Part shown: piece by piece, positions 1 to 13,076 of the stretch | How positions within the stretch are numbered: the first letter of the stretch is position 1 | Layout: every line of letters begins with the position of its first letter | From: Octopus bimaculoides | Lineage: Eukaryota | NCBI RefSeq assembly: GCF_001194135.2 | Contig: NC_068989.1 | Coordinates: 7,069,955 to 7,133,954, forward strand | Direction: 5' to 3' | Length of the DNA: 64,000 nucleotides | Notes under the pieces: model-generated | What the model saw: the letters and a program-made list of their open reading frames with translations, nothing else | The model's database searches: none | What the model was told of the DNA's origin: nothing | Program-made: the position numbers and the translations under genes

Positions 1-136
1 TATATATATATATATATGTATATATATGTATATATATATGTATATATATGTATATGTATATATATGTATATGTATATATATGTATATATATGTATATGTA
101 TATATATGTATATGTATATATATGTATATATATATG

Positions 137-209
<73 letters not shown>

Positions 210-250
210 GCATACTCATATATGTATATGTATGTATGTATGCGTATGTA
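1..250. repeat. (TA)n/(TATG)n microsatellite
   Basis: Direct reading. Confidence 0.98.
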
Positions 251-984
251 AAGCGACCTACCTGAGAAACTGGTGTCACACAGCTGCTTCAGCATCGTAT
301 CTATTTATGTAATTATTTTCAAAGTAATTTATGCAACGGTATGAGAATGAAAACTCAGCAACTTGCAGCTGTTACCACTGCGCGAAAAACAAACGTTTTA
401 ATTTGTAATTAAAGTTTGTTTATTCCATCTTCTTGTATAAATATATGTATTTGTGTATGTATGTATTTATTTATTGATGTATGTATATATTTAACAAAGG
501 AAGCTTGACAAACACTCTGTTCTAAAATTCTAAGCAGCTTCTCCGAAAAGTATAGTTCAAAAATGGAATTATTTAGCTTTCTCACACGAAACAGAACTAT
601 CTATTTCATACTATATTGTTTCTGCTTGACGTATCTCGTTGCATTGACAATAATAACACAATACAGCTCTGCAATAGTAAAAGTTATACTAACAAAGAAG
701 TAACCACTGCATGGTCGTTCGAACTGTTAGAAATAGCAACAATATCCTTCTCAAATTGTGTTCTATTCTTTGTAAATGAAGAAACGAAACATCGAACAAT
801 ATGGCTCTTACATGTAGTGAATTAATTCCGGGATAATCGTGGCTGAAAAGCCTTTGGCCGTAAGAAAGTAAACACTGACTGATGTAATCATGCATATTGC
901 TAAGAAAAATTCAGGATGGTCATGGCTGGAATGCCCTTGGTCGTATGAAATTAAACATTGAATAATATGACCCTGTTTACCGCT

Positions 985-1175
985 AAAAATGATTAGCGGT
1001 ATTTCGTCTGTCTTTACATTCTGAGTTCAAATTCTGCTGAGGTCGACTTTGCCTTTCATCCTTTCGGAGTAGATGAATTAAGGACCAGTTGCGTAATGGG
1101 GTCGATCTAATCGACTGGCCTCCTCCCCAGAAATTTCGGGCCTTGTGCCGAGAGTAGAAAGGAATATTAGTGGCA
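985..1175 (+). mobile_element. SINE family B (tRNA-derived; GAGTTCAAATT..GAGGTCGACTTTGCCTTTCATCCTTTCGG)
   Basis: Family recurs at least 11 times in the window. Confidence 0.85.
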
Positions 1176-1255
1176 TTAAATAAAACAGTGTGTGTGTCGT
1201 TAAATGAAATAGCAACAATGTTGACGATAGCCACAATATTAACACAAACAGTGGA

Positions 1256-1345
1256 AATAGCAACAAGGTAGACAATAGCAACAAGGTAGGCAATAGCAAC
1301 AAGGTAGGCAATAGCAACAAGGTAGGCAATAGCAACAAGGTAGAC
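1256..1345. repeat. 18-bp minisatellite x5 (AATAGCAACAAGGTAGRC)
   Basis: Five consecutive units. Confidence 0.95.
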
Positions 1346-1574
1346 AACAGTATTAAATAAAATAGCAACATTGACAATAGATACAATAGTTATTAAATAA
1401 AAACAATGACAATAGCAACGGGAAATTCAATAGCAGTAACAAATACAATAGCAACGGGGGGGGGGGGTAGTTAGCAACTGTAGCAATATCAGCAACGATA
1501 ATGGCCCCGGCAGGAATAGTGACTAAGACAATGGCAATAACTGTTAGCAACGACAAATGCAATAGCAACAACAG

Positions 1575-1990
1575 ACCGGCGTGGTTGTGTTGTTCAGAAG
1601 CTCAATTCGCAACCACGCGGTTTCGGGTTCAATCCCACCGCGTAGCACCTTGAGCAAGTGTCTTTTATTATAGCTCCGAGCCGGCCAGTGCCTTCTGAGA
1701 GATTTTGGTAGACGGAAACTGCGTTGAAGCCCTTCATGTACATGTATATGTATGTATGTGATTGTGCTTGTGTGTGTCTTTATGCTTGTGTTGGTCCTCT
1801 TTCACCACTTGACAGCCGGTGTTGGTTCGTTAACGTTCTTCTAACTTAACGGTTCAGCGAAAGACAACAGCAGAATAAACACTAGACTTTAAAAGAAAGA
1901 TTGTACTGGAGTGGATTTGGTTGACGATAAAACCTCTTCAATTTGGTGCCCCAGCATGGCCGCAGTCCAGTGACTTCAACAAGTGAGTGA
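1575..1990 (+). mobile_element. SINE family A (tRNA head, internal microsatellite, GTAAAAGA-type tail), diverged
   Basis: B-box GGGTTCAATCCC; GTAGACGGAAACTG; CCAGCATGGCCGCAGTC. Confidence 0.8.
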
Positions 1991-2214
1991 TAAGAGACGA
2001 TAGCAACAACAAATCCATAGTTGTTGAGCCTTGTGTTGGCCATGATTGGATAAGCCTATGATCTAAAGCCTTCCAATAATGACACTCCTGTCTTTTGCTT
2101 CCATTTATTAGTATTTTGCAGGTAAAGTCTACCTCGGAATATAATATCTATTGGACTGTGTAAATGCGAGGGAGTTGATGCTGTCTTTGCTGCAGTTTGT
2201 TGTTGGCATTGCTG

Positions 2215-3340
2215 CACTGGCTGTTGTTGTTGTTGTTGCTGGTGGTGGTGGTGGTGGTGGTGGTGGTGGTTGTTGTGGTGGTGGTGGTGCTGCTGCTGTT
2301 GTTGTTGTTGTTGTTGTTNNNNNNNNNNNNNNNNNNNNNNNNNNNNNNNNNNNNNNNNNNNNNNNNNNNNNNNNNNNNNNNNNNNNNNNNNNNNNNNNNN
2401 NNNNNNNNNNNNNNNNNNNNNNNNNNNNNNNNNNNNNNNNNNNNNNNNNNNNNNNNNNNNNNNNNNNNNNNNNNNNNNNNNNNNNNNNNNNNNNNNNNNN
2501 NNNNNNNNNNNNNNNNNNNNNNNNNNNNNNNNNNNNNNNNNNNNNNNNNNNNNNNNNNNNNNNNNNNNNNNNNNNNNNNNNNNNNNNNNNNNNNNNNNNN
2601 NNNNNNNNNNNNNNNNNNNNNNNNNNNNNNNNNNNNNNNNNNNNNNNNNNNNNNNNNNNNNNNNNNNNNNNNNNNNNNNNNNNNNNNNNNNNNNNNNNNN
2701 NNNNNNNNNNNNNNNNNNNNNNNNNNNNNNNNNNNNNNNNNNNNNNNNNNNNNNNNNNNNNNNNNNNNNNNNNNNNNNNNNNNNNNNNNNNNNNNNNNNN
2801 NNNNNNNNNNNNNNNNNNNNNNNNNNNNNNNNNNNNNNNNNNNNNNNNNNNNNNNNNNNNNNNNNNNNNNNNNNNNNNNNNNNNNNNNNNNNNCTACTAC
2901 TACATCTTCTTCTTCTTCTTCTTCTTCTTCTTCTTCTTCTTCTTCGTCTTCTTCTTCTTCTTCTTCTTTTCCTCCTCCTTCCTCTTCTACAACTACTACT
3001 ACTACATCTTCTTCTTCTTCTTCTTCTTCTTCTTCTTCTTCTTCACAACACCACCACTACTACCACTGACTGAATTCTCGCCCTGCATCTATCTTCTTTA
3101 TCATCATCATCATTATCATCATCATCATCCTCTTCATCATCATCATCTTTATCGTCGCCAACGCCATCGACATCATCTCCAACACCATTGTTATCATAAT
3201 CATCATAACTACCATCACCATCATCATCATCATCATCATCATCGTCGTCGTCGTCGTCATAAACATCATCATCATCATCATCATCGTCGTCGTCGTCGTC
3301 GTCATAAACATCATCATCACCACCACCGCCACCATTAACG
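2215..3340. repeat. Compound trinucleotide tract (GTT/GGT, gap, CTT/CAT/CGT)
   Basis: Direct reading; includes the N gap 2319-2893. Confidence 0.95.
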
Positions 3341-3729
3341 TCTTTTCATTCTTTTTTTTTTTTTTTCCTTTCTTTCTTTTTTCACCTTCTTCTTCTTATT
3401 ATTCTGATTTATCCAGAAATTCAGCCCTGATCGAGCAAAATCCGACCGTGCCCATCCCGCGCATCTAAAACAATTTTTAAAAGTGCATTCTTTGTCTCAG
3501 CTTTTCTTTACTATTCATTTTAAGCCAGTAAAATAGGAGTTGAGGTAGATTGAGCTGTTGTTTCTGACAAATTCAGCGACCACGCGCACATTTGTTAGTT
3601 GTTGATGTTGCTCCTGTTGTTTTATTGCTGCTGCGGCTCCTGCTGTTGTTGTTGCACTACCTGTCGTAGTGCACCTTTCAGCATCACCATTTTCGTGAAG
3701 ATGTCCTGATATGTGTATCTGATTATCTA

Positions 3730-3908
3730 TACAGAGAGAGAGAGAGAGAGAGAAGAGAGACAGACAGATAGAGACAGCAGAGAATTAGAGAAAGAGACAT
3801 AGATATATAGATAGATAGACAGACAGACAAATAGATAGATAGATAGATAGACAGACAGATGGATATATAGATAGATAGATGTGCATATATGTATATATTA
3901 TATTCTTA

Positions 3909-3953
<45 letters not shown>

Positions 3954-4163
3954 AATGTATTTGTAAGTATATTTATATATATATATATATGTATATATAT
4001 GTATGTATGTATGTATATACATATATATACCTACATACACACATACACACACATATATACATATATATATAAATATACATATATGTATATATACATACAT
4101 ACACACACATATATACACACACGTACATACACACAGACACATATATATATACATATATGTGTG

Positions 4164-4253
<90 letters not shown>

Positions 4254-5025
4254 TATGTATATACATACATATATATTATTCTTTTATTCCTTTATTTGTT
4301 TCAGTCATTTGACTGCGGCCATGCTGGAGCACTGCCTTTATTAACAAAAAATATGCACTTATTCTTTGTAAGCTTGGTACTTATTCTATCGGTTTCTCAG
4401 GCCGAACCGCTAAGTTACGTGGACATAAGCACACCAACATCAGTCGTCAAGCAACGGTAGTGGGGTAGGGGTGACAAACACCGATACAAAGATACAGGCA
4501 CATAAATATATACGTACATATATACGATGGGCTTCTTTCAGTTTCCATCTGCCAAATCCACTCACAAGGCTTTGGCCGGTCCGGGGAATCTAGTAGACGA
4601 CATTTGCCCAAGGTGCCACATAGTGGAACTGAACCCAGAACTATGTGGTGGGGAAGGAAGCTTATCACAAAACCACGCCTGCACCTGAGCAAGTGTCTGT
4701 CTGTATGTCTGTCTGTCTGTATGTATGTATGTGTGCATGTGTGTATGCATGTATGTATGTGTGTATGTATGTATGTATGCATGTATGTGTGTATGTGTGT
4801 ATATTTGTCTGTATGTATGTAGGTAGGTAGGTAGGTAGGTATATAGGTATGTGTGTACGTATGTATGTGTGCAGGTATGTATGTATGTGTGTATGTATGT
4901 ATACATGTGTGTATGTATGTATACATGTGTATATGTATGCATGAGTGTATGTAGCTATGTATATATGTGTGTATGTATGTACGTATGTGTGTATGTGTGC
5001 GCGTATGTATGTATATATATATATG

Positions 5026-5101
<76 letters not shown>

Positions 5102-5472
5102 GGTATGTATGTGTGTGTGTATGTGTGTATGTATGTATGTATACATATATGTATGCATATATGTATGTGTGTGTGTGTATGTATGTACGTATGCAGGTAT
5201 GTATGTGCAGTGCATCCGTGTTCTGTAACCATGGCGATGGTACGGCTGTGGGTGTTCGTATTAATAAACTAATTTCTATGTATGAGATGATATTTAACCT
5301 TGCATAATTTATAGAGAAAGAGAAATATGCATAGGTGGGTGTATGGAGGTGTCGTATGCGTGCTTGTCTGTGGCTCCGTGCGCATGCGTGTGCATGTGTA
5401 CATGTCTCTGTGTGTGCGTATGCGTGTGTGTGTGAATTGATTGTAGGTTAGTTTATGAAGTATGTATGTATG

Positions 5473-5515
<43 letters not shown>

Positions 5516-5700
5516 ACTTATGCGTAGATTTTTTTTCAGCATGTATCTGTGCGTTTGCATCTATTCATAACACACTCACACACACACACGCGCCCGCCAA
5601 ACGCAAATACACGCACACACATGCACACTCACTCTCTTTATCCCTCTCTCACTCTNNNNNNNNNNNNNNNNNNNNNNNNNNNNNNNNNNNNNNNNNNNNN
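3730..5700. repeat. Compound GA/GATA/TA/TATG/CA microsatellite field (interrupted by a SINE)
   Basis: Direct reading. Confidence 0.93.
4288..4685 (-). mobile_element. SINE family A, full length
   Basis: TTGTTTCAGTCATTTGACTGCGGCCATGCTGGAGCAC ... GAACCCAGAACTATGTGG. Confidence 0.9.
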
Positions 5701-6319
5701 NNNNNNNNNNNNNNNNNNNNNNNNNNNNNNNNNNNNNNNNNNNNNNNNNNNNNNNNNNNNNNNNNNNNNNNNNNNNNNNNNNNNNNNNNNNNNNNNNNNN
5801 NNNNNNNNNNNNNNNNNNNNNNNNNNNNNNNNNNNNNNNNNNNNNNNNNNNNNNNNNNNNNNNNNNNNNNNNNNNNNNNNNNNNNNNNNNNNNNNNNNNN
5901 NNNNNNNNNNNNNNNNNNNNNNNNNNNNNNNNNNNNNNNNNNNNNNNNNNNNNNNNNNNNNNNNNNNNNNNNNNNNNNNNNNNNNNNNNNNNNNNNNNNN
6001 NNNNNNNNNNNNNNNNNNNNNNNNNNNNNNNNNNNNNNNNNNNNNNNNNNNNNNNNNNNNNNNNNNNNNNNNNNNNNNNNNNNNNNNATATATCCTGACA
6101 GTTGGGAATGGAATATGAAGTATAAACCCGTATTAGTGAAAAAGTGAAGCTGTTTTTGTGTATATATGTGTGCAGCTGATTGTTTACCGGTTTCTGTACA
6201 GGAATACAATGCGTCACTCATTCTGAATGCATGCAGATGAAATGTAGATGTGAACAAACGTCTTGTTTCTACAGACGCATACGTGCATATGCATACTGAG
6301 AAGCGTAAATGCATTTATG

Positions 6320-7018
6320 TACGTGTGTATGTATGTATGCATGTATGTACGTATGTATGTATGTATGTGTGTATGTCATTGTTGAAGATTTCTTGCCAAT
6401 AGAGAAGAGCCGGATTCTAACCTAGATCCAGGGTTTCTTCATTGGAATTTCAACATCAACAACAGAGTATTTTTGTTTGTGCATGTATGTATGTATGCAT
6501 GTATGTATGTATGTATGTATGTATATGCATGTATGTATGCATGTACGCACGTATGTACGCACGTGCCTATGTACGTACGTATGTATGTATGTACGTATAT
6601 ACGTATGTATGTATGTATGTATGTATGTATGTATGTATGTACGTATGTATATATGTACGTATGTATGTATGTATGTATGTGCGTATGTATATATGTATGT
6701 ATGTACGTATGTATATATGTATGTATGTATGTATGTATTGAGTGTTTGAAGTGGTGTACTGATATTGTATGTTGAGAAACAGGAGGCAGTTAGAATTTTG
6801 GATAAGTCTTTATTAGACCTTTCGTTTGTTTTTCGAAATCGTCATGACAAAATCAAAATCAAAATATACATATGTGTGTGTGTGTGTGTGTGTGCGTTTG
6901 TCTGTCTATCTGTTTGTTTGTTTATACACGCACGTACGCACACGCACACACACACATGTTTATATACCTATACATATGTATGTATAACTAAATACATATA
7001 TTTATGCATATACATATT

Positions 7019-7064
<46 letters not shown>

Positions 7065-7065
7065 N
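6320..7065. repeat. (TATG)n and (TA)n microsatellites
   Basis: Direct reading. Confidence 0.93.
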
Positions 7066-7254
7066 NNNNNNNNNNNNNNNNNNNNNNNNNNNNNNNNNNN
7101 NNNNNNNNNNNNNNNNNNNNNNNNNNNNNNNNNNNNNNNNNNNNNNNNNNNNNNNNNNNNNNNNNNNNNNNNNNNNNNNNNNNNNNNNNNNNNNNNNNNN
7201 NNNNNNNNNNNNNNNNNNNNNNNNNNNNNNNNNNNNNNNNNNNNNNNNNNNNNN

Positions 7255-7635
7255 GTAAGTAGCTTGCTTACCAACCACATGGTTCCGGGTTCAGTCCCAC
7301 TGCGTGGCACCTTGGGCAAGTGTCTTCTACTATAGCCTCGGGCCGACCAAAGCCTTGTGAGTGGATTTGGTAGACGGAAACTGAAAGAAGCCCGTCGTAT
7401 ATATGTATATATATGTGTGTGTGTGTTTGTGTGTCTGTGTTTGTCCTCCTAGCATTGCTTGACAACCGATGCTGGTGTATTTATGTCCCCGTCACTTAGC
7501 GGTTCGGCAAAAAGAGACCGATAGAATAAGTACTAGGCTTACAAAGAATAAGTCCCGGGGTCGATTTGCTCGACTAAAGGCGGTGCTCCAGCGTGGCCGC
7601 AGTCGAATGACTGAAACAAGTAAAAGAAAAAAAGA
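7255..7635 (+). mobile_element. SINE family A, near full length
   Basis: GTAAGTAGCTTGCTTACCAACCACATGGTTCCGGGTTCAGTCCC ... GAAACAAGTAAAAGA. Confidence 0.92.
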
Positions 7636-7654
7636 GTAATATGTATACATATAT

Positions 7655-7822
7655 ACGACGGGATTCTACAGAGTTCCCGTCTATCAAATCCACTCACAAT
7701 CATTGGACATCAGTCGGCCCGGGGCAATAGCAGAATGCACTTGACCAAGATGCCCTGCAGTGGAACTGAACCCGAAATCACATCGTGGGAAAGCTATCTT
7801 CTTAACCATATAGCCATGCCTG
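7655..7822 (-). mobile_element. SINE family A, 5' half
   Basis: CCGTCTATCAAATCCACTCACAA ... GGAACTGAACCCG. Confidence 0.75.
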
Positions 7823-8488
7823 CATATGTGTATGTGTGCACTATCCTAAATAACAACCAGCAACTGATAAAGAAACCTGCTGACCAACTCAACTTACCGC
7901 CGACTCACATTCTTTTGCGAACCCTTACAAACCCCATCACCTAAAAGCTGGCGCACCTAAATAAACACCCCTAATTACAAACGTTTAAATGCTGAACTAC
8001 ACTCTGCATTTTAACCTTCAGATTCCGAAATCAAAAGGTTAAATCTACCGTTTGTATGCAAATAAGACCAACAACAACTAAACCACATCTGCCAACCAAC
8101 AAATCTCTTTCCGCAACTTACAACACCATGACCTAAAGCTGACACACCTAAATAGACACACCTGATTACAAAGTTCTACATGCGTCAATTGAATTTTGAA
8201 CGATAACTATTCTGAATTTGCTTAATTAAAATTTTCTCCGAACACAATCTACCGTACAATCTAATTATCACTCAGCAGAGCTACGCCTATCTCAGAAAAT
8301 TTTCACTATATATATCAAATACAAAATCAAATGCACCACCGTCCGATGATATATTAGCTCGCTAACACTTCGAAGTCACTGTCAATACCATTTTTTGTTA
8401 AAGAATAAAAAAAATTCGTACACAGCAAAGTATATTGAATCATCCTACATTTTAAAGTAAAATTGTTTTTATTATAACTTAACATAAA

Positions 8489-8700
8489 GCGGCGATCTGG
8501 CAGAGTTGTTAGAACGGTGGACATAATGCTTTGCGACATTTCATCTGTCTTTACGTTGTGAGTTCAAATTCCGCCGAGGTTGACTTCGCCTTTCATCTTT
8601 TCGGGGTTGATAAATTAAGTACCAGTGAAAAACTGGGCTCGATGTAATCGACTTCATCCCTCCCCGCAACCTTGCTGGCTTTGTGCGTTTAGTAGAAATA
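8489..8700 (+). mobile_element. SINE family B
   Basis: GCGGCGATCTGGCAGAG...GAGTTCAAATTCCGCCGAGG. Confidence 0.88.
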
Positions 8701-8704
8701 TTGG

Positions 8705-8905
8705 TTTCCAGTTTTGCTCCAGGGCCAGAAATTTTGGTGGAAGGGATTGAGTCGGTTGCATCGATCCCAGTGCTTAACTGGTACTCATTTTACCAACACT
8801 GAAAGCAGGAAAAATCAAAGTCGACCTTGGCAGAATTTGAACTCAGAACCTGGAGACGAACGAAAAGCTGCTGAGCATTTTGTACGGCATACTGACGATT
8901 CTGTC
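8705..8905 (-). mobile_element. SINE family B, inverted, tail-to-tail with the previous copy
   Basis: AAAGTCGACCTTGGCAGAATTTGAACTCAGAAC. Confidence 0.8.
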
Positions 8906-9114
8906 AACTCACCGCTTCGCTTCATGTAACACCAAATATGAGGGAGAGAGAGAGAGAGAGGGACAGAAAGAGAAAGAGAAAGAGAGGAAGGGGCGATATA
9001 TAGAGAGAGAGAGGAGAAGAGAGAGGGAGAGAGAGAGAGAGGAAGACAGATATACATATATATATACACAAACACAGGTGTGTATGTGTATACATACATA
9101 CATACATACATACA

Positions 9115-9148
<34 letters not shown>

Positions 9149-10111
9149 AATGATGCAAGCATAAGCATTCGGCGTGAACAGATCCATACTTTTAGCGTGG
9201 GAGACAATTCATTGTATCCGAGATGAATAATACCATCTCGAGAATTAATGCTAGAACTCTGAACCTTGTTAAATATCTGGTTTATTCTTCTGATCACAAT
9301 CACAAAAGAAACCTTTCATTTCAACATTGTATTGGCATTCGTTTCAGATTTGAATTCAACAGGCAGAGATTGGCTACGAACAACGTGATTGGACACTAGA
9401 ACATCAACAAAACCGGAGAAAGCCGAAAGAAAAACAACATCGATAAAAGGTAAACAGAATCTGATTAGGTGTGTTTATAGACGTTAGTGAAATCATAAAT
9501 TACAATTTTCATGGAGTTATGAATTCAATAAACATTTGTTTCATTGCTATAAAATGGTAAAAAGGACCCCTACCTTCTGTGATGTATATAGATAGAATAA
9601 AACTATGCTGGGACGAATTTCACCCAGAGCTAAATTACATTACGACAAACCAATTACTTCGACAAACAAGATCTGTTGAATGCAAGATGAGAGTAGATGA
9701 TTGTAATTTTATGCTGCAAAGTTTTCAGTGTAATTTTATCGTCAAAAGTGTGGGCACTGCACAAACACTATGGAAATATTTTTCTAAAGCAGACCTGCCT
9801 GTAACATGTATAACATCATGTATCATAATAAACCAGACATATACTTTTATTATGTTATTTTGCTGTGAAGTTTATCATCCACACCAAGGTGTCAGTGACT
9901 GGGACCGCTGTGGTAATCATAGGTGTACTACGCGCAAAGAGTATTATATTAGATTAGATTAGATTGGGCTGCTCGTTTTCAGTCCACTGCAGGACGAAAG
10001 CCTCAGCAAGTTCTCTTCCCCAGAGAATGGCTTGAGATCATACTGGTTTGATGAGCCCGCTCTACCATACTGGTTCGATATGGTTTAGCAAAGGGAGGCA
10101 GTTTTCTCTAT

Positions 10112-10232
10112 ACTCATACCTAGGAGTAGTTTAATCGATTACATCAACCCCAGTATTCAACTGGTACTTATTTTATCGAGTCCGGAAGGATGGAAGTCAA
10201 AGTCGACCCCGGCAGAATTTGAACACAGAGCG
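10112..10232 (-). mobile_element. SINE family B fragment
   Basis: GGTACTTATTTTATCG...AAAGTCGACCCCGGCAGAATTTGAAC. Confidence 0.75.
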
Positions 10233-10597
10233 TTGTTGTTGTTGGCACTCCGTCGCTTACGATGTCGATGGTTCCAGTTGATCCGATCAATGGAACAGCC
10301 TGCTCATGAAATTAACGTGCAAGTGGCTGAGCACTCCACAGACACGTGTACCCTTAACGTAGTTCTCGGGGATATTCAGCGTGACACAGTGTGATAAGGC
10401 TGGCCCTTTGAAATAAAGGTACAACAGAAACAGGAAGTAAGAGTGAGAGAAAGAGTACAGCAGGGTTCGCCACCATCCCCTGCCGGAGCCTCGTGGAGCT
10501 TTAGGTGTTTTCGCTCAATAAACACTCACAACACCCGGTCTGGGAATCGAAACCGCGAGTCCGCTGCCCTAACCACTGGGCCATTGCGCCTCCACGA
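10232..10597 (-). mobile_element. SINE family C, full length, (CAA)n tail
   Basis: Head GGAGGCGCAATGGCCCAGTGGTTAGGGCAGCGGACTCG..TTCGATTCCCAG; tail ends CAACAACAAC. Confidence 0.9.
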
Positions 10598-11994
10598 TTT
10601 AGATAACGTTGGAAACAAATAAGCATTTTTTCTGACAACCCCGTATAATCAGAAATGGATCTGTAATTAAACAGCTGCCATTAAACAGACACTAATGAAG
10701 TCAGCTCTATAATCAAAATAACAGAATAAGAACGTGTTTATTGGTATAAACAGACCTCGACTTTTTAAACAGGTATGTCATTGTATCAAATTAATTCAAG
10801 TACAGGTGAAAGATAAACAATTAGCACTGGTCGTAGGTGCAATTGATTGTGTAATATCAGAACTGACTGAATATACAGGTGTGCTATTATTCATATTTTA
10901 TTACCATGGTTACTGCTATGTAATCGAATCGAAGCAATTTGGTGATACTCGAAATTGTTGTGCTTTTGTCGTCACTGCTCTCCTTGTTCAAAGGTGAATT
11001 GAGATGAACGTTTACGAACACGCACACACACGCAGAGTCTGTGTACGTATGTGAGTGAGAGAGCCTGCGTATATGTGTGAATGTATTGATAAGTAGGGCT
11101 TTACGGACAATAGGTGAGAGTTAGCTATGGCTCGGTATAGAAAACACGCAGTTGTGCTCAAATGAATTGAAATTAAACTCCGAATTCTTCCTCCAAGACT
11201 AGATCCACGGCGTCAAGAGTGGCTATATGGGAAATCCAGGTGATATGGAGATAGTGATGCAGATTGGCTTTGACACATATATACATATCGTTTTTATAAA
11301 TTTACTTAACTGATTTAAATTTTTAGTCTAATATTTTATAGATTTTATGAATTAAAAATTTTCTCTTGGATTTTTTAGATTTTTAAACTAGTATTTTGTA
11401 TAGTAGGCTTTTCTTGATGGTGTCTGAACTCCTTCATCGTTTGAGTTGCACCATGGGGGTTCCTCTCTAAATTATTAATATATTTTTCATTATATTATTC
11501 AATTTGATTTTATTAAATTGTAATTCCCTAACATTATAATATTTATATATATATATATATTAATTCAATTTTGGGGGATTAATCTATATGCGGGTATACT
11601 ATTTCAGATAATACAAAAAAGATAACCTAATGAGTATATCTGAAAGTAAACTCATGGTATCCCTTTGCACATCACGAAATAATACTTAAAGGATATAACC
11701 ATTATACCAGCAGGGTATATACTATACTTCCTTAATTATCTCCTACTTTAGTTAATACTTAAATTTATTAAATATGAAGGAACTACACGTGTTTCAATAT
11801 TGGAAGATTACAATATATATACACAACTGNNNNNNNNNNNNNNNNNNNNNNNNNNNNNNNNNNNNNNNNNNNNNNNNNNNNNNNNNNNNNNNNNNNNNNN
11901 NNNNNNNNNNNNNNNNNNNNNNNNNNNNNNNNNNNNNNNNNNNNNNNNNNNNNNNNNNNNNNNNNNNNNNNNNNNNNNNNNNNNNNNNNNNNNN

Positions 11995-12025
<31 letters not shown>

Positions 12026-12049
12026 TTATAAAAAAGAAGTTTGAAATTC

Positions 12050-12355
12050 TTATTACCCTGCTCGCGTAAGCGAAAGCAGGTTATTGTAATCATTCGTTTT
12101 TGTCTGTCTGTCTGTGTGTTTGCAAAATTACTGGAAAACGGCTGAACGGAATTTCAGCACATTTGCCAGAAATACTCATTGGGTGAATGGCTCGAAATGA
12201 TGAAAGTTTGGTTTGATTATCTTCAAAACATACATAAATACATACATAGATATGTGACTTTGTGTGTGTACAGTGATGGAGCCAAAGGTTTCGTTTATTA
12301 ACGAGTTGATTTCTTAATTTCGTCGGAGTACGAATACTTATAATGGTGATACTTT
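12050..12355 (+). mobile_element. Helentron/DINE-1-like non-autonomous element
   Basis: TTATTAC start, hairpin CCTGC-TCGC-GTAA-GCGA-AA-GCAGG, (TGTC)n tract, then AAAACGGCTGAACGGAATTT. Confidence 0.5.
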
Positions 12356-12469
12356 AAAAAAAATTTAAAAAATTTTTTTTTAATCGAACTTTAAACTTCC
12401 TTATTGGGTCAGTTATACGCCTTTTTCCGTTCAGGGCGAATGTTGTCAACCGAGAGGCGTATAACTGAA

Positions 12470-12620
12470 TGGCACGCCAGTCCATCACGGAGTTCCTCGA
12501 TTATGGGAGAGTGGACTGGAGCAATGTGAGATGAAGTGTAATACTCATGAATACATCTTGGTCTGGGAATCGAAACCACGACCTTGTGATCGTGAATGCA
12601 ACACTCTAACCACCTTCTGC
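12470..12620 (-). mobile_element. CORE-like SINE fragment
   Basis: GAGTGGACTGGAGCAATGTGAGATGAAGTG ... GGAATCGAAACCACGACC. Confidence 0.7.
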
Positions 12621-12647
12621 GTGTCATAACGTATTTCACGAATTATT

Positions 12648-12854
12648 ATTTTCTTTTATTTGTTTCAGTCATTTGGCTGCGGCCATGCTGGAGCACCGCC
12701 TTTAGTCTAGCAAATCGACCCCAGGACTTGTTCCTTGTAAACCTAGTACTTATTCTATCGGTCTCTCTTACCGAACGACTAAGTGGCTGGGACATAAACA
12801 CACCATCATCGGTTGTCAAGCGATGTTGGGGGACAAACACAGACACACAAACAT

Positions 12855-12930
<76 letters not shown>

Positions 12931-13076
12931 GACAGGCTTCTTTCAGTTTCCGTCTACAAATCCACTTACAAGGCTTTGGTCGGCCCGAGGCTATAGTAGA
13001 AGACTCTTGCCCAAGGTGAACCAGAACCATGGGGATGGTTAGCAAGCTACTTACCACACAGCCACTCCTGCGCCTA
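12648..13076 (-). mobile_element. SINE family A, full length
   Basis: Same consensus, with a long internal (CA)n(TA)n. Confidence 0.92.

Noticed and set aside
1256-1345. Regular 18-bp repeats (CRISPR-like check)
   Set aside because: Head-to-tail units with no spacers; ordinary minisatellite in a eukaryotic context.
2151-3338. 395-aa ORF with poly-G/V/F/H
   Set aside because: Trinucleotide tracts bridged by an N gap.
16-7262. Numerous [14 protein letters not shown] ORFs
   Set aside because: Translations of TA/TATG/CA microsatellites, open in several frames at once.
9579-9962. 127-aa ORF of ordinary composition
   Set aside because: No recognisable motif or supporting splice structure; this length is attainable by chance.
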